Shown here: positions 49,865 to 59,594 of the stretch, piece by piece
How the letters are laid out: every line of letters begins with the position of its first letter
Numbering within the stretch: position 1 is the stretch's first letter
NCBI GenBank assembly: GCA_052390235.1
Contig: JBQTHB010000006.1
Coordinates: 270,218-334,217, forward strand
Origin: Deltaproteobacteria bacterium
Lineage (GTDB): Bacteria > Desulfobacterota_D > UBA1144 > Nemesobacterales > CSP1-2
Length of the DNA stretch: 64,000 nucleotides
Reading direction: 5' to 3'
The notes under the pieces: generated by a model
What the model was told of the DNA's origin: nothing
The model's database searches: none
What the model saw: only the letters and a program-made list of their open reading frames with translations
Program-made: the position numbers and the translations under genes

Positions 49865-50983
49865 ATGAGCAATGAAACCCTCGATATAAAATTCATGCGC
49901 CTAGCCCTCAGACTCGCCAGGAGGGCCGAGGGGATGACAAGCCCAAATCCCATCGTAGGAGCGGTCATCGTCAAGAACGGAGAGGTCATCGGCGCGGGAT
50001 ACCACAAAAAAGCGGGACTCCCCCACGCCGAGATTGAAGCACTCGCAGATGCCCAGAGAAACGGACGCGCCCCCTCAGGCGGAGCGCTATACGTAACGCT
50101 TGAGCCGTGCTGTCATACCGGGAAAAGAACCCCTCCCTGCGCCGACGCCGTGATAAAGGCGGGCATATCGAGAGTCATAGTTGGATGCCTAGACCCAAAC
50201 CCCAAAGTGGCTGGCAGGGGAGTCGAAATCCTCCGGCAGAGCAGTATCGAGGTCGTAACCGGAGCGTTGGAGCGGGAATGCCGGAGGGCGAACGAGGCGT
50301 TTTTCAAGTTCATCACATCGGGGATGCCGTTTGTAACCCTGAAGGCCGCCGCCACCCTCGACGGCAAAATCGCAACCTCCACGGGGGACTCAAAGTGGAT
50401 TGGAAGCGAGCGTCAACGCCGCTACGCCCATAGGCTCAGAAGCAGGGCTGACGTCGTCCTAGTGGGAGTCGGCACGGTCATAGCCGACAATCCGAGGCTC
50501 AATGTCAGGCTCAGAGGGGCGAGCCGCCAGCCCGCGCCCGTGGTCTTGGACAGCCATCTGAGAATTCCCCTCGAGGCGGCACTGCTAAAAATCCACACAT
50601 CCCCGATCATCGCAACAACTCGGCATCCAGATTCCCGAAATAGGCTTGAACTTGAGCGCATGGGAGCGAGAGTCATCACCGCAGAGTCAGACGCGGGGGG
50701 GCGGATTGACCTGCGGGATTTAATGGCGAAACTCGGCGAGATGGGAGTGATGAGCGTGCTTGTCGAGGGCGGGAGCGAGGTTGCGGCGTCGTTTCTAGGA
50801 CAGAGTCTGGCGGATAAAATCGTCCTGTTCTATGCGCCGAAGATTGTCGGAGGGAGCGCCCTGTGCATGGTGGGCGAGCTTGAGATCCCGCGAATGGCAG
50901 GCGCAATAGCCATTGAACAGGTCAGCGTGAAGTCCATTGGCGCGGGGGAATTCATGGTCGAAGGATACATCCGCAATAGATAA
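49865..50983 (+). CDS. ribD: Riboflavin biosynthesis deaminase/reductase
   Basis: PNPIVG, HAE, TLEPC..C, TLDGKIA, VEGG. Confidence 0.96.
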   Translation: MSNETLDIKFMRLALRLARRAEGMTSPNPIVGAVIVKNGEVIGAGYHKKAGLPHAEIEALADAQRNGRAPSGGALYVTLEPCCHTGKRTPPCADAVIKAGISRVIVGCLDPNPKVAGRGVEILRQSSIEVVTGALERECRRANEAFFKFITSGMPFVTLKAAATLDGKIATSTGDSKWIGSERQRRYAHRLRSRADVVLVGVGTVIADNPRLNVRLRGASRQPAPVVLDSHLRIPLEAALLKIHTSPIIATTRHPDSRNRLELERMGARVITAESDAGGRIDLRDLMAKLGEMGVMSVLVEGGSEVAASFLGQSLADKIVLFYAPKIVGGSALCMVGELEIPRMAGAIAIEQVSVKSIGAGEFMVEGYIRNR

Positions 50984-51008
50984 TTCACGCCTGCGAAATA
51001 GAGCCGCC

Positions 51009-51869
51009 CTATCCCTTTTTTTTTATCGCCTCAGCCTCTTCAAAATATACAAGCGTCGAATCAGTTGTTTTATGCCGGAGCATCTGCTTCACCTCAGACA
51101 CTGCCGCCCCGCCCTGAATGGCAAGTAACGCCGCCGTGTGCCTGAGGCTATAGGGGGTGATGCCGGCGCGCTTAATTCCCGCCTGCCTCAGATAGTAACT
51201 CACGCGCTCCCTAATGGCGCGGGTGGTAATTCTCGCCCCTCTAGCCCTGTTGCCGACACCCCAGAGGAGCGGCTCGCCGTCGTCCGACTTGCCTCTATTG
51301 TCGAGATATTTCGCCAACGCTTCCCGAACCTGAGGGGTGAGTATGACGTATTCGTCTTTTCTATCCTTGCTCTTACCCTGAACAAATATCACCTGCCTCC
51401 CCCCTTTGACTTTTATATCCCCGATGCTCGTTCTCATAATATCAATTTCGCTGAGCCCGCACCGCACCATGAGATTTATCATAGCCCAGTCTCTAAGCCC
51501 CACGGCAGAGGACTTGTCAATTGCGCCGAGTAGGGCATGGAGTTCCTCAGGCGTAAGCGGAGAGCGCAGATGCCTCTGAGGCCTGCCGCTTCCTTTGACC
51601 TTAAGCGCGGGGTTTTCGACGACCTCGTTTATGGAAATCAGATAATCGTAGAACCTCCTGACTGAGGTGAGATAGGTCGAAAGAGATGTGGGCGATAGGT
51701 TCTTTGAAACGAGAAAATCCCTGTATTTTTGAATATCGTGATAGCCAAGAGTGATAGGAGACGCCCCGTCGAGCCACTTGGCGAATTCCCTGAGCGCTTT
51801 GAGATATGTCTCCTTTGTGGTCTCGCGCCTGTCCAAAGCCCGAATAAATGCGATTAAGAGTTCATTCAT
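51009..51869 (-). CDS. Tyrosine recombinase-family protein with substituted catalytic residues
   Basis: SAM-like N-domain, RDWAMINLM, QGKS, SLRHT, LRH, STLVY; box I reads GLSEID instead of GLRxxE. Confidence 0.85.
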   Translation of the reverse strand: MNELLIAFIRALDRRETTKETYLKALREFAKWLDGASPITLGYHDIQKYRDFLVSKNLSPTSLSTYLTSVRRFYDYLISINEVVENPALKVKGSGRPQRHLRSPLTPEELHALLGAIDKSSAVGLRDWAMINLMVRCGLSEIDIMRTSIGDIKVKGGRQVIFVQGKSKDRKDEYVILTPQVREALAKYLDNRGKSDDGEPLLWGVGNRARGARITTRAIRERVSYYLRQAGIKRAGITPYSLRHTAALLAIQGGAAVSEVKQMLRHKTTDSTLVYFEEAEAIKKKG

Positions 51870-51922
51870 AACGGTATTAAATCATTTTTAAAAACCTATT
51901 TCAACTATTTTATTTCTAACCC

Positions 51923-51950
51923 TTGACACGTCTCTATAGTCTGTTATCTT
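51923..51950 (+). promoter_or_regulatory. Promoter of the 5S rRNA gene
   Basis: TTGACA-16-TATCTT with extended -10 TG. Confidence 0.7.
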
Positions 51951-51960
51951 ATCTGTCGAA

Positions 51961-52079
51961 TCTGGGTGGCGATACTGAAGAGGCAACACTCGGTCCCATA
52001 CCGAACCCGAAAGTTAAGCTCTTAAAGGCCCATGATACTGCTCTCCATCGAGAGTGGGAAAGTAGGTAGCCGCCCCGGT
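51961..52079 (+). rRNA. rrf: 5S rRNA (stand-alone)
   Basis: CTGGGTGGCGATA...CCCATACCGAAC...GTTAAGC...GATACT...GGGAAAGTAGGTAGCCGCC; paired ends; about 118 nt. Confidence 0.93.
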
Positions 52080-52205
52080 TCTTCTTTATTTCTCCCTTCG
52101 GCTCTCAGTTAGACCGAGCTGACCCCCGCCACCCCGCACCCGAAATAATTTGCGTAATTTCCCACTATGCATTAGATTGAGCAATCCACTCGGAGACGCA
52201 ATTTC

Positions 52206-52808
52206 ATGAATCATAAGACACGCATCGGCGTTTTTGTTTCGGGAAGCGGCACAAACCTCCAGGCTATAATTGATGCCGAAATTCCCTCAGCCCAAATCGC
52301 GCTGGTTCTGAGCAATAACCCTGATGCCTACGCCCTTGAGCGGGCAAAGAGCCACGGCATCCCCTCCGAGGTATTGGAGCATAAAAATTACCCATCAAGA
52401 GAGGATTTTGAACGAGAACTCATAAAAATTATCGCCCCGTACAGAATCGAGCTTATCGCTCTTGCCGGATTTATGAGGATCCTCTCGCCGTTTTTCATCA
52501 GAGAGTACAAAAACCGCATTATAAACATTCACCCCGCCTTGCTACCCTCCTTTCCCGGAACTCACGCCGCGCGCCAAGCCCTCGCCTATGGGGTGAAATA
52601 TGCGGGATGCACAGTGCATTTCGTTGACGAAGGGGTTGACACGGGAGCCATAATCCTCCAAGCGATAGCGCCGGTTGAGGACTCAGATACAGAAGAAACC
52701 CTGCTTGCCAAGATTCACGCCGAGGAGCATCGAATCTATCCAGAGGCGATAAGGCTCTTTGCGGAGGGGAGGCTCAGGGTTGAGGGTAGGCGGGTTTTTA
52801 TACTGTGA
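52206..52808 (+). CDS. purN: Phosphoribosylglycinamide formyltransferase
   Basis: SGSGTNLQA, LAGFMRIL, NIHPALLP, GCTVHFV. Confidence 0.97.
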   Translation: MNHKTRIGVFVSGSGTNLQAIIDAEIPSAQIALVLSNNPDAYALERAKSHGIPSEVLEHKNYPSREDFERELIKIIAPYRIELIALAGFMRILSPFFIREYKNRIINIHPALLPSFPGTHAARQALAYGVKYAGCTVHFVDEGVDTGAIILQAIAPVEDSDTEETLLAKIHAEEHRIYPEAIRLFAEGRLRVEGRRVFIL

Positions 52809-52809
52809 A

Positions 52810-53106
52810 ATGGAGCGGCGCTGTCGCAATCTGGCATCGGAGGACACGGGAAAAATGAAAGGCGAGGGCAATAGTAGAGGCGATAGGGCGTTTATCGAGG
52901 TCTATAAAACCCAAGATTTGGCTATTGCCGGCCTGATAAAAGAGGTGTTTGAAGACCACGGTATTATCTGCCATCTCCAGAACTACGCCCTCTCGCACCT
53001 CTACCCTACCCTCTTTTCCAATATCAAAATCATGGTGTACAGAGAGAGCGAAGAGGACGCAAGGGCGATTCTATTCGCTTTTTTCAGCGAAGAACAAAAC
53101 GGTTAG
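52810..53106 (+). CDS. DUF2007-like small protein (start may be 52855)
   Basis: AGLIKEVFEDHGI...IKIMV..E..EDA pattern. Confidence 0.6.
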   Translation: MERRCRNLASEDTGKMKGEGNSRGDRAFIEVYKTQDLAIAGLIKEVFEDHGIICHLQNYALSHLYPTLFSNIKIMVYRESEEDARAILFAFFSEEQNG

Positions 53107-54126
53107 CTAAAAATCCCTTCCCACGGCGTTGGCAACCGGCTTTGCCCTCTCCATAAGCTGATTGAACTTCTCAGGTTTCAGCGACTGCCCCCCATCGCTT
53201 ACGGCAAGCTCCGGCTTATTGTGAACCTCGACAATGAGACCGTCCGCCCCAGCCGCTATCGCCGCAAGAGACATCGCCGTTACGTACTGCCAGTACCCAG
53301 TGCCGTGGCTTGGGTCGGCGAGAACGGGGAGATGGGTTTTTTCCTTCAAGACTGGTATGGCGTTTAGGTCGAATGTGTTTCTCGTCGCAGTCTCAAAAGT
53401 TCTGATTCCACGCTCGCACAGAATCACGTTTCTGTTCCCCTCGGAGAGAATATACTCTGCCGCCATTAAAAACTCGCTGATAGTTGTGGACATACCACGC
53501 TTGAGAAGCACAGGCTTGTTGCTCTTGCCCACGTGCTTGAGTAGGGCGTAGTTTTGGGCGTTTCTCGCGCCGATTTGAAGCATATCCGCATACTTTGCGA
53601 TAACGTCCAAATCGTGAACGTCCATGATTTCCGTAACAATGGGAAGCCCGGTGATGTCTCTAGCCTTGGCTAGGAGCTTTAGCCCCTCTTCTCCCAGCCC
53701 TTGGAAGCTGTAGGGAGAGGTTCTGGGCTTAAACGCCCCGCCTCTTAGGATTTGCGCTCCTGCGTTTTTCACGGCAATGGCGGTTTCCATTATCTGCTCC
53801 TCGCTTTCAACCGAGCAGGGACCCGCCATAACCACCACTTTGCTTCCGCCGATTTCTACGTCTCTGACCTTTACCACGGTATTTTCAGCTTTAATCTCGC
53901 GGCTTGCGAGTTTATAGGGCTGAAGTATCGGAACGACGTTTTCCACCCCTTCGAGCGCTCTTAGGGATTCGAGATGATGCGGTTTCCCTCTTTCATCCCC
54001 CACTGCGCCGATGATGGTTCTCAGCACGCCCTCGATGATGTGGGATTTGTAGCCCAGATCCCTTATCGTCGCCAGAACCTTATCCGTTTCCTCGCGTGTT
54101 GCATCGCTTTTCATTACGACAATCAT
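53107..54126 (-). CDS. aroF: DAHP synthase type I-beta with N-terminal regulatory domain
   Basis: [42 protein letters not shown]. Confidence 0.95.
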   Translation of the reverse strand: MIVVMKSDATREETDKVLATIRDLGYKSHIIEGVLRTIIGAVGDERGKPHHLESLRALEGVENVVPILQPYKLASREIKAENTVVKVRDVEIGGSKVVVMAGPCSVESEEQIMETAIAVKNAGAQILRGGAFKPRTSPYSFQGLGEEGLKLLAKARDITGLPIVTEIMDVHDLDVIAKYADMLQIGARNAQNYALLKHVGKSNKPVLLKRGMSTTISEFLMAAEYILSEGNRNVILCERGIRTFETATRNTFDLNAIPVLKEKTHLPVLADPSHGTGYWQYVTAMSLAAIAAGADGLIVEVHNKPELAVSDGGQSLKPEKFNQLMERAKPVANAVGRDF

Positions 54127-54302
54127 TTTTATCTTCTCCTCAAATTGCTCAACGCCTGATTTTATTTACTTTTCCCGATTTTGGGATAGCGCTCGATAAT
54201 ACATAGAAGGGATTTTTTTGTCAATATTCTGAACGCTGCAGCAGTCGCCTGCCCGTAATTCCACAGAAGCGCATTTGACATAACGAGGCGAATATACTAG
54301 AG

Positions 54303-55400
54303 TTGCTGATATTATCCTCAAAATATCGAGCGGAAATGGCGCTGTCCCACATTACCCCGCTACGAGCCAAGAGGTCAATCTTCTCTAAAACCAACAGCGC
54401 GTCCGGCGAAGAAATCAAAGACGAGCTAGCCGCTCTCGAATTTATAAAAAGGCGGGTTTCAAAGCTCCAGCCCAACGTCTCCCTCGGCATCGGGGACGAC
54501 GCGGCGGCTTTAATAATCTCCCCCGGAAAACTCCTCCTCGCCACAGCCGACTCCCAGGTCGAGGGCGTCCATTTTATTAGAGGGTTAATCTCCCCAGCAA
54601 CTGTCGCCCGAAGAGCCGTTGCCGCCGCAGTGAGCGACATCGCGGCTATGGGCGGAGATGCGAGATTTATTCTCTCATCCCTTGGGCTACCCAGAGACTT
54701 GGAGAGCGGTTTTTTCGAGGCTTTGGCCGAGGGGCTTCAAATAGCCGAAGAGGAGTTTGGAGTGTCCCTCGTCGGCGGAAATCTCTCCTCGGCGGATAAA
54801 TTATTCCTAGATATATCAGTATTAGGGGAAGTCGAACCCGATATAGTGGTAAAAAGGGATGGCGCTTCAGTCGGGGATTCGATATTCATAACCGGGACAC
54901 TCGGAGACTCCGCCCTCGGACTCGAACTGCTAAAGGGGGGAATCCACGAGGGGGCGGCAGATGAATTCCTCATCGCCAGGCACAGAAGCCCTCTGCCGAG
55001 GCTCGGCGTGGGAAGGGCCTTAGCCCTAGCAAAAATCCCGTCGGCGATGATTGACGTAAGCGACGGCTTCACCCTAGACCTCGAGCGCATCACGATTCAT
55101 CAGGGACTGGGCGCGCAGGTCTATTTGGAGAAAATCCCGCTTTCAGAGGCGTACAAGGATCGCGCGCATCGAATTTCGGCGGATTTCTTCGCCCCAGCCC
55201 TCTCCGGCGGGGAGGACTACGAGCTACTGTTTACGGCGGCGCAGGCGGCGAGGGGGGAAATAGCCAAAATTTCGGGGACGCTCAGAGTGCAAATCACGGA
55301 GATAGGGCGCGTAACGGGCGAGGCTCGAATCAGGATTGTGGATTCCAGAGGGGTTGAACCTGCGCCCACCCGAAGGGGATTCATACATTTTCATGGCTAA
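54303..55400 (+). CDS. thiL: Thiamine-monophosphate kinase (start may be 54336)
   Basis: GIGDDAA, EGVHF, SDIAAMG, IDVSDG, GGEDYELLF. Confidence 0.93.
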   Translation: MLILSSKYRAEMALSHITPLRAKRSIFSKTNSASGEEIKDELAALEFIKRRVSKLQPNVSLGIGDDAAALIISPGKLLLATADSQVEGVHFIRGLISPATVARRAVAAAVSDIAAMGGDARFILSSLGLPRDLESGFFEALAEGLQIAEEEFGVSLVGGNLSSADKLFLDISVLGEVEPDIVVKRDGASVGDSIFITGTLGDSALGLELLKGGIHEGAADEFLIARHRSPLPRLGVGRALALAKIPSAMIDVSDGFTLDLERITIHQGLGAQVYLEKIPLSEAYKDRAHRISADFFAPALSGGEDYELLFTAAQAARGEIAKISGTLRVQITEIGRVTGEARIRIVDSRGVEPAPTRRGFIHFHG

Positions 55401-56741
55401 ATGGACAATCTGCCTCTAAGCAATATTTTATTCATATTACTGCTCCTTGCCCTATCCGGCTTCTTTTCGATGTCCGAAGGGGCGCTCTTCTCGCTTGGAC
55501 GGCATCAGAGGGAAAAACTCAAAAAAGAGGGAAAAACCAGCGCCGCCCTCATCGAGAAGCTCCTTAAAAACCCGCACAATCTCATCATCACCATCCTGCT
55601 TGCCGACGAAGTGATAAATGTCGCCTATGCGAGCCTCGTCGCCTCAACCCTGAGGGGGCTAATTAACCTCCCCTCGGAGGAGCTAATTACGGTAATTTGC
55701 ATCGCCGTCTCGTCGCCAAGCCTCCTGCTCTTAGGAGAGATTGGCCCGAAAACACTCGGAGTGAAATATCCGAGGCTACTTGCAGGCGCGGTTTCATATC
55801 CCCTGAACCTGTTTCATATTTTAATTACCCCTCTGCGGTGGATAATTCTCGCCCTCTCCATAGGGTTTACAAAGCTCCTCGGAGGGAAGAGCGAAGAGGG
55901 CGGCGCATCGGGATTGGGTTCGGACGAGGTAAAAGCCCTAGTGGGGCTCGGAAGCGAGGGCGGCGTGGTTACGGAGATAGAAAAAAACCTCGTGGAGTCG
56001 CTTTTTAATCTCGAAGATGTGCCGGTATATAAAATCATGACGTCCAATATTGACTGCTTCTCGCTACCGGTAAACGCTCTGTGCAGAGATGCCATACACG
56101 AGGTCAAGAAAAGGGGATTCTCCAGAATTCCGGTTTACAAAGGCGATAAGGACAACATTGCCGGCATCCTCTACGTTAAAGACCTCCTCCCTGCGGGCGC
56201 AATGGATGAAGCCTCCATCGAGCATTTCCTAAAACCGCCGTACTTCATCCCCCGCACCAAAAGGGCTTTCGACCTGCTTCGGGAGTTTCGGCAGAAGCGA
56301 ATACACATAGCCGTCGTGGTGGACGAATACGGCAGATTTGACGGGATAGTGAGCATGGAGGATGTGCTAGAGGAACTTTTTGGCGACATTGCGGATGAGA
56401 GGAGAGCCGCCGCACCGATGGCGGCAAGGAGCGAAGGCAGGGCGCTCATTGTTACCGGAAGCACGAAGATTGAAGAATTCAACGACGACCTGCTGTTTAT
56501 CGTGCTTAGGGCAGGGGGGCTAGACACACTCGGAGATGAAATGGACGAGTCCATCATCCCCATCGAGGCAGACCACGAAACCGTAGCTGGATTCGTATTT
56601 GACCTCTTCGGCAGATTTCCCGCGGAGGGGGAGAGGGTAACCTACGGAAGCGTATCGTTCACAATAGCGAAACTTTCGGGCAGACGAATCGCCGAGATAA
56701 AAGTGGAGAGAGTGAAAAAAGAGGAGTCAGATGTCTCTTGA
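55401..56741 (+). CDS. Hemolysin/CNNM-family CBS-CorC membrane protein
   Basis: GFFSMSE, GEIGPK, FSRIPVY, VVDEYG...EDVLEE. Confidence 0.9.
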   Translation: MDNLPLSNILFILLLLALSGFFSMSEGALFSLGRHQREKLKKEGKTSAALIEKLLKNPHNLIITILLADEVINVAYASLVASTLRGLINLPSEELITVICIAVSSPSLLLLGEIGPKTLGVKYPRLLAGAVSYPLNLFHILITPLRWIILALSIGFTKLLGGKSEEGGASGLGSDEVKALVGLGSEGGVVTEIEKNLVESLFNLEDVPVYKIMTSNIDCFSLPVNALCRDAIHEVKKRGFSRIPVYKGDKDNIAGILYVKDLLPAGAMDEASIEHFLKPPYFIPRTKRAFDLLREFRQKRIHIAVVVDEYGRFDGIVSMEDVLEELFGDIADERRAAAPMAARSEGRALIVTGSTKIEEFNDDLLFIVLRAGGLDTLGDEMDESIIPIEADHETVAGFVFDLFGRFPAEGERVTYGSVSFTIAKLSGRRIAEIKVERVKKEESDVS

Positions 56742-57963
56742 ATTTGTCGTGGGGATAACCGCGTTTTTCCTTCTCCTTCAGGCGTTTTTCGCAGGGGCGG
56801 AGATTGCTCTGGTCTCCTGCGATAAAGTGAGGATAAAATCCCTAGCCGAGTCGGGTTCGGCGAGGGCGAGGCTCGTGCTTCAGTGCTTCGGCGAGATAGA
56901 GAAATTCATCAGCACCACTCTCGTAGGGATAAACCTCTCGCTCATCACAAACACCATTATTATGACCTTCTACATTCAGGACACATACGGGAGTGGAGGC
57001 GAATTCTACACAATATTAATCCTCTCGCCGCTCATCGTAATATTCGGACAGGTCATCCCCAAAGCCGTATTCCAGAGGCGAAGCGCCAGCGCGGCGCTGT
57101 GGTCAATTTACCCACTTTGGGTGGCGTCGAAGATATTTTCTCCGATTCTCTTTGTAATCAACATTTTCATGAAGCGGGTATTGTTCAGGCTCATCGGACG
57201 CTCCGAGAATCCCTTCCTCACCAGAGACGAGCTCCTCTACGCCATCGAAGGGAACGGGGCAAAGGCGGCGGGCGGCGGAGAGTACAGGGAGAAGGTCATA
57301 AAACGAATATTCAGATTCTCCGAGACCACGATTGAGGAGGCGATGATTCCGCTCATTCAGGTATCAGCCATAGGCGAAGCCGCGCACGTCGGCGAAGCCA
57401 TAAGGCTCATAGCCCAGACCGGTCATTCTCGAATCCCTACCTACAGCCACAGAATTGACGACATCACGGGGGTTATTCACGCCTTCGACCTCCTAGGGGC
57501 AAAGGCGGATGAACCGGTAAAAAATTTCTCGCGCCCCGCTTTTTATGTGCCGGAATCAAAGCCTCTCGATGAGCTTCTCGATGAGATGAAAAGGGGTCTC
57601 GGCGGTCTTGCCGTCGTCGTGGATGAATACGGCGGAGCGGTGGGAATCATCAGCCTCGAAGATATTATCGAAGAGGTTATAGGGGAAATCGAAGATGAAT
57701 ACGACAAGGGGCTAAAGCTCTGGAGAAAAACGACGGAGGGGGAGTTTCTCATCAATCCGAAGATATATATTGACAACCTCAGCGATGAACTTGGGATTTC
57801 AATACCCGAAGGGGACTACGACACGCTCGGCGGATTTCTGCTCTCGGAAACGGGGTCTATACCCAAAGCGGGCGAGAGAATCGAATTCGGAAGCCTCGTA
57901 TTTATCATCACCAAAGCCAGCGCGCGCGCGATAGAAGAGGTAAAGCTGATTGCGCCGAAGTAG
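56731..57963 (+). CDS. Hemolysin/CNNM-family CBS-CorC membrane protein
   Basis: FFAGAE, HSRIP, VVDEYGG, EDIIEEVIGEIEDEYD, YDTLGG. Confidence 0.9.
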   Translation: MSLEFVVGITAFFLLLQAFFAGAEIALVSCDKVRIKSLAESGSARARLVLQCFGEIEKFISTTLVGINLSLITNTIIMTFYIQDTYGSGGEFYTILILSPLIVIFGQVIPKAVFQRRSASAALWSIYPLWVASKIFSPILFVINIFMKRVLFRLIGRSENPFLTRDELLYAIEGNGAKAAGGGEYREKVIKRIFRFSETTIEEAMIPLIQVSAIGEAAHVGEAIRLIAQTGHSRIPTYSHRIDDITGVIHAFDLLGAKADEPVKNFSRPAFYVPESKPLDELLDEMKRGLGGLAVVVDEYGGAVGIISLEDIIEEVIGEIEDEYDKGLKLWRKTTEGEFLINPKIYIDNLSDELGISIPEGDYDTLGGFLLSETGSIPKAGERIEFGSLVFIITKASARAIEEVKLIAPK

Positions 57964-58029
57964 AACCCACGGGGGCGGGGTTGCCAGGCTACAGATAGTG
58001 GGATAAATTGGAGCGGCACAATCCCCGAA

Positions 58030-58770
58030 TCACTCGGCTCTGGGGTCTTCATCAGCCGAGAAGCTCAGAGACATAATAAGTCCCCTCAGGCTTCCCTCGG
58101 CTTTGAGGAGTTTTCTGTCCCCCTTCTCAAAGGTAAATCTCATTAGCACGTTGTTAAGAGGCTTTACGCCGGGCTTCGGATTTACGAGCCTGAGCTTGTA
58201 CCTGTAGAGAGCCACGAGCCTGCCGTCCGAAAATTCCCTGCTTGCAAAGGGTTTTCCCATCATTTTATAGAACTGCTCTACGTTCGGAATATCTTCAGTA
58301 GCCTCAGCTTGAAATACGGAGTCCGCCCTCTGCTTGGCTTTATTTATCTCCGCCGCGCCCATGGAGCTTAACATCCTCGCAAGCAGAGGCTTCGAGAGGT
58401 AGCGCAAAAACCTCTCGGGAAGCGTAATCTCAGCGAGCTTGTCGTCCCTGAAGAGCATATAAACCGGTATGTCGAATTTCCCGCCCTCTTTAGCCGCGCC
58501 GGGTTGATACTGCTTCTCAAGCAGGTACTCCCACAACTCTCCTTCCTTGTATAATTTCTTCGACAGCGGCTCCGTTGTCATGAGCCAAACAATATCGCCC
58601 CCAAGCAAAGTGGGATTCAAAAACACCATAGCAAGCCCGCGCCGCTCCTCAATCCTGAAATTTTTATCGAACTCGGACAACTGCCCCTTTACATCGAGCA
58701 GGCGCGAGTAAATACAGCCCGATACAACCAGCGCGGCGACAAATAAGGCGGCAAAATGTCTCAGTTTCAT
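58030..58770 (-). CDS. Hypothetical lipoprotein
   Basis: Lipobox VSGC after a hydrophobic signal. Confidence 0.75.
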   Translation of the reverse strand: MKLRHFAALFVAALVVSGCIYSRLLDVKGQLSEFDKNFRIEERRGLAMVFLNPTLLGGDIVWLMTTEPLSKKLYKEGELWEYLLEKQYQPGAAKEGGKFDIPVYMLFRDDKLAEITLPERFLRYLSKPLLARMLSSMGAAEINKAKQRADSVFQAEATEDIPNVEQFYKMMGKPFASREFSDGRLVALYRYKLRLVNPKPGVKPLNNVLMRFTFEKGDRKLLKAEGSLRGLIMSLSFSADEDPRAE

Positions 58771-58816
58771 AGCGTTAATTATTTAGACAAAAGGGGCGGT
58801 AGTCCATAGAAATATT

Positions 58817-58914
58817 AAAATAATAACGGGAGCGACCGTTTACTCTCTTTCACGACCGCTCCCGTTCTCTTAAAGGAGGATGGAGGATGAACTTAAGAAA
58901 CCAAATTAACTTTA
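58817..58914 (-). ncRNA. Candidate small RNA with tandem anti-SD motifs
   Basis: TTGACA-17-TAATTT promoter (58921-58949); CAUCCUCCAUCCUCCUUU; 15-bp terminator stem whose G-U pairs form only on the minus strand, followed by an A/U-rich tail. Confidence 0.6.
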
Positions 58915-58987
58915 AATATAAAATTAAAGCAGATGACTTTAATTGTCAATAGTAATTTTAAACAAAATTAATCAAATCTGCTCGGCG

Positions 58988-59587
58988 CTACCCCCCAGAG
59001 TTGGGACAGCGAAACGCGCGCCCCGAATCCGCGCGAGCCCGCGCCTCCCACTGCTCTCTTTGAATCTGCCAGCGAACCCCGGCAGTTCCCCTCGGAGACT
59101 CTGGGGTCAGCTTTTCGAGCAGAGTTGCCGACGCGCCGAGGGCTATGGCCAATCTCTCAGCGCGGAAATTAGCTCTGATCGTGTTGCCATAAATCGCGCT
59201 CAGTCCTAAGACGCTGAAACCAAAATCCGCCAGAGCAAAGAGAATTTCAGCGGCATAGAGGTATCGCCCCCAGCGCGTCGGAGCAAGCTCAATCCCAATC
59301 TCTGCAGCGCCGCTTGGGGAGCGCTCAGCGCGCAGTCCGCAGCAGCCTATAACGCCCTCTTCGGGGGCGCGGCGAAGGAGGATGGCAAGCTGATAGTTAA
59401 GCCTCGGCTCGGCTGAAGCCCAGGCGCGAAAGAGTGTCATAAGCTCTCCTGTAGCCGGCGGCGAGTATTGCGGGGAGTCAAATTCATGGAGAAGGGGGTC
59501 GCTTCGATACGCCTCGAAACCCGCAATATCAGCCTCGGTAAAATCCCTAAGCACAAACCTCCTCGAGAGAATTTCCATTGTCCACAT
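58988..59587 (-). CDS. GNAT (RimJ/RimL-like) acetyltransferase
   Basis: RFVLRDF, IGCCGL, AEIGIEL..WGR, N..A.RL...LG. Confidence 0.8.
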   Translation of the reverse strand: MWTMEILSRRFVLRDFTEADIAGFEAYRSDPLLHEFDSPQYSPPATGELMTLFRAWASAEPRLNYQLAILLRRAPEEGVIGCCGLRAERSPSGAAEIGIELAPTRWGRYLYAAEILFALADFGFSVLGLSAIYGNTIRANFRAERLAIALGASATLLEKLTPESPRGTAGVRWQIQREQWEARARADSGRAFRCPNSGG

Positions 59588-59594
59588 CCCCCCC

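Noticed and set aside
51009..52200. Integron or prophage at the recombinase gene
   Set aside because: No cassettes, attC-like sites or phage genes; the flanks are housekeeping genes.
55401..57963. Tandem CNNM/hemolysin genes as a novelty
   Set aside because: Paired paralogs of this family are a common arrangement.
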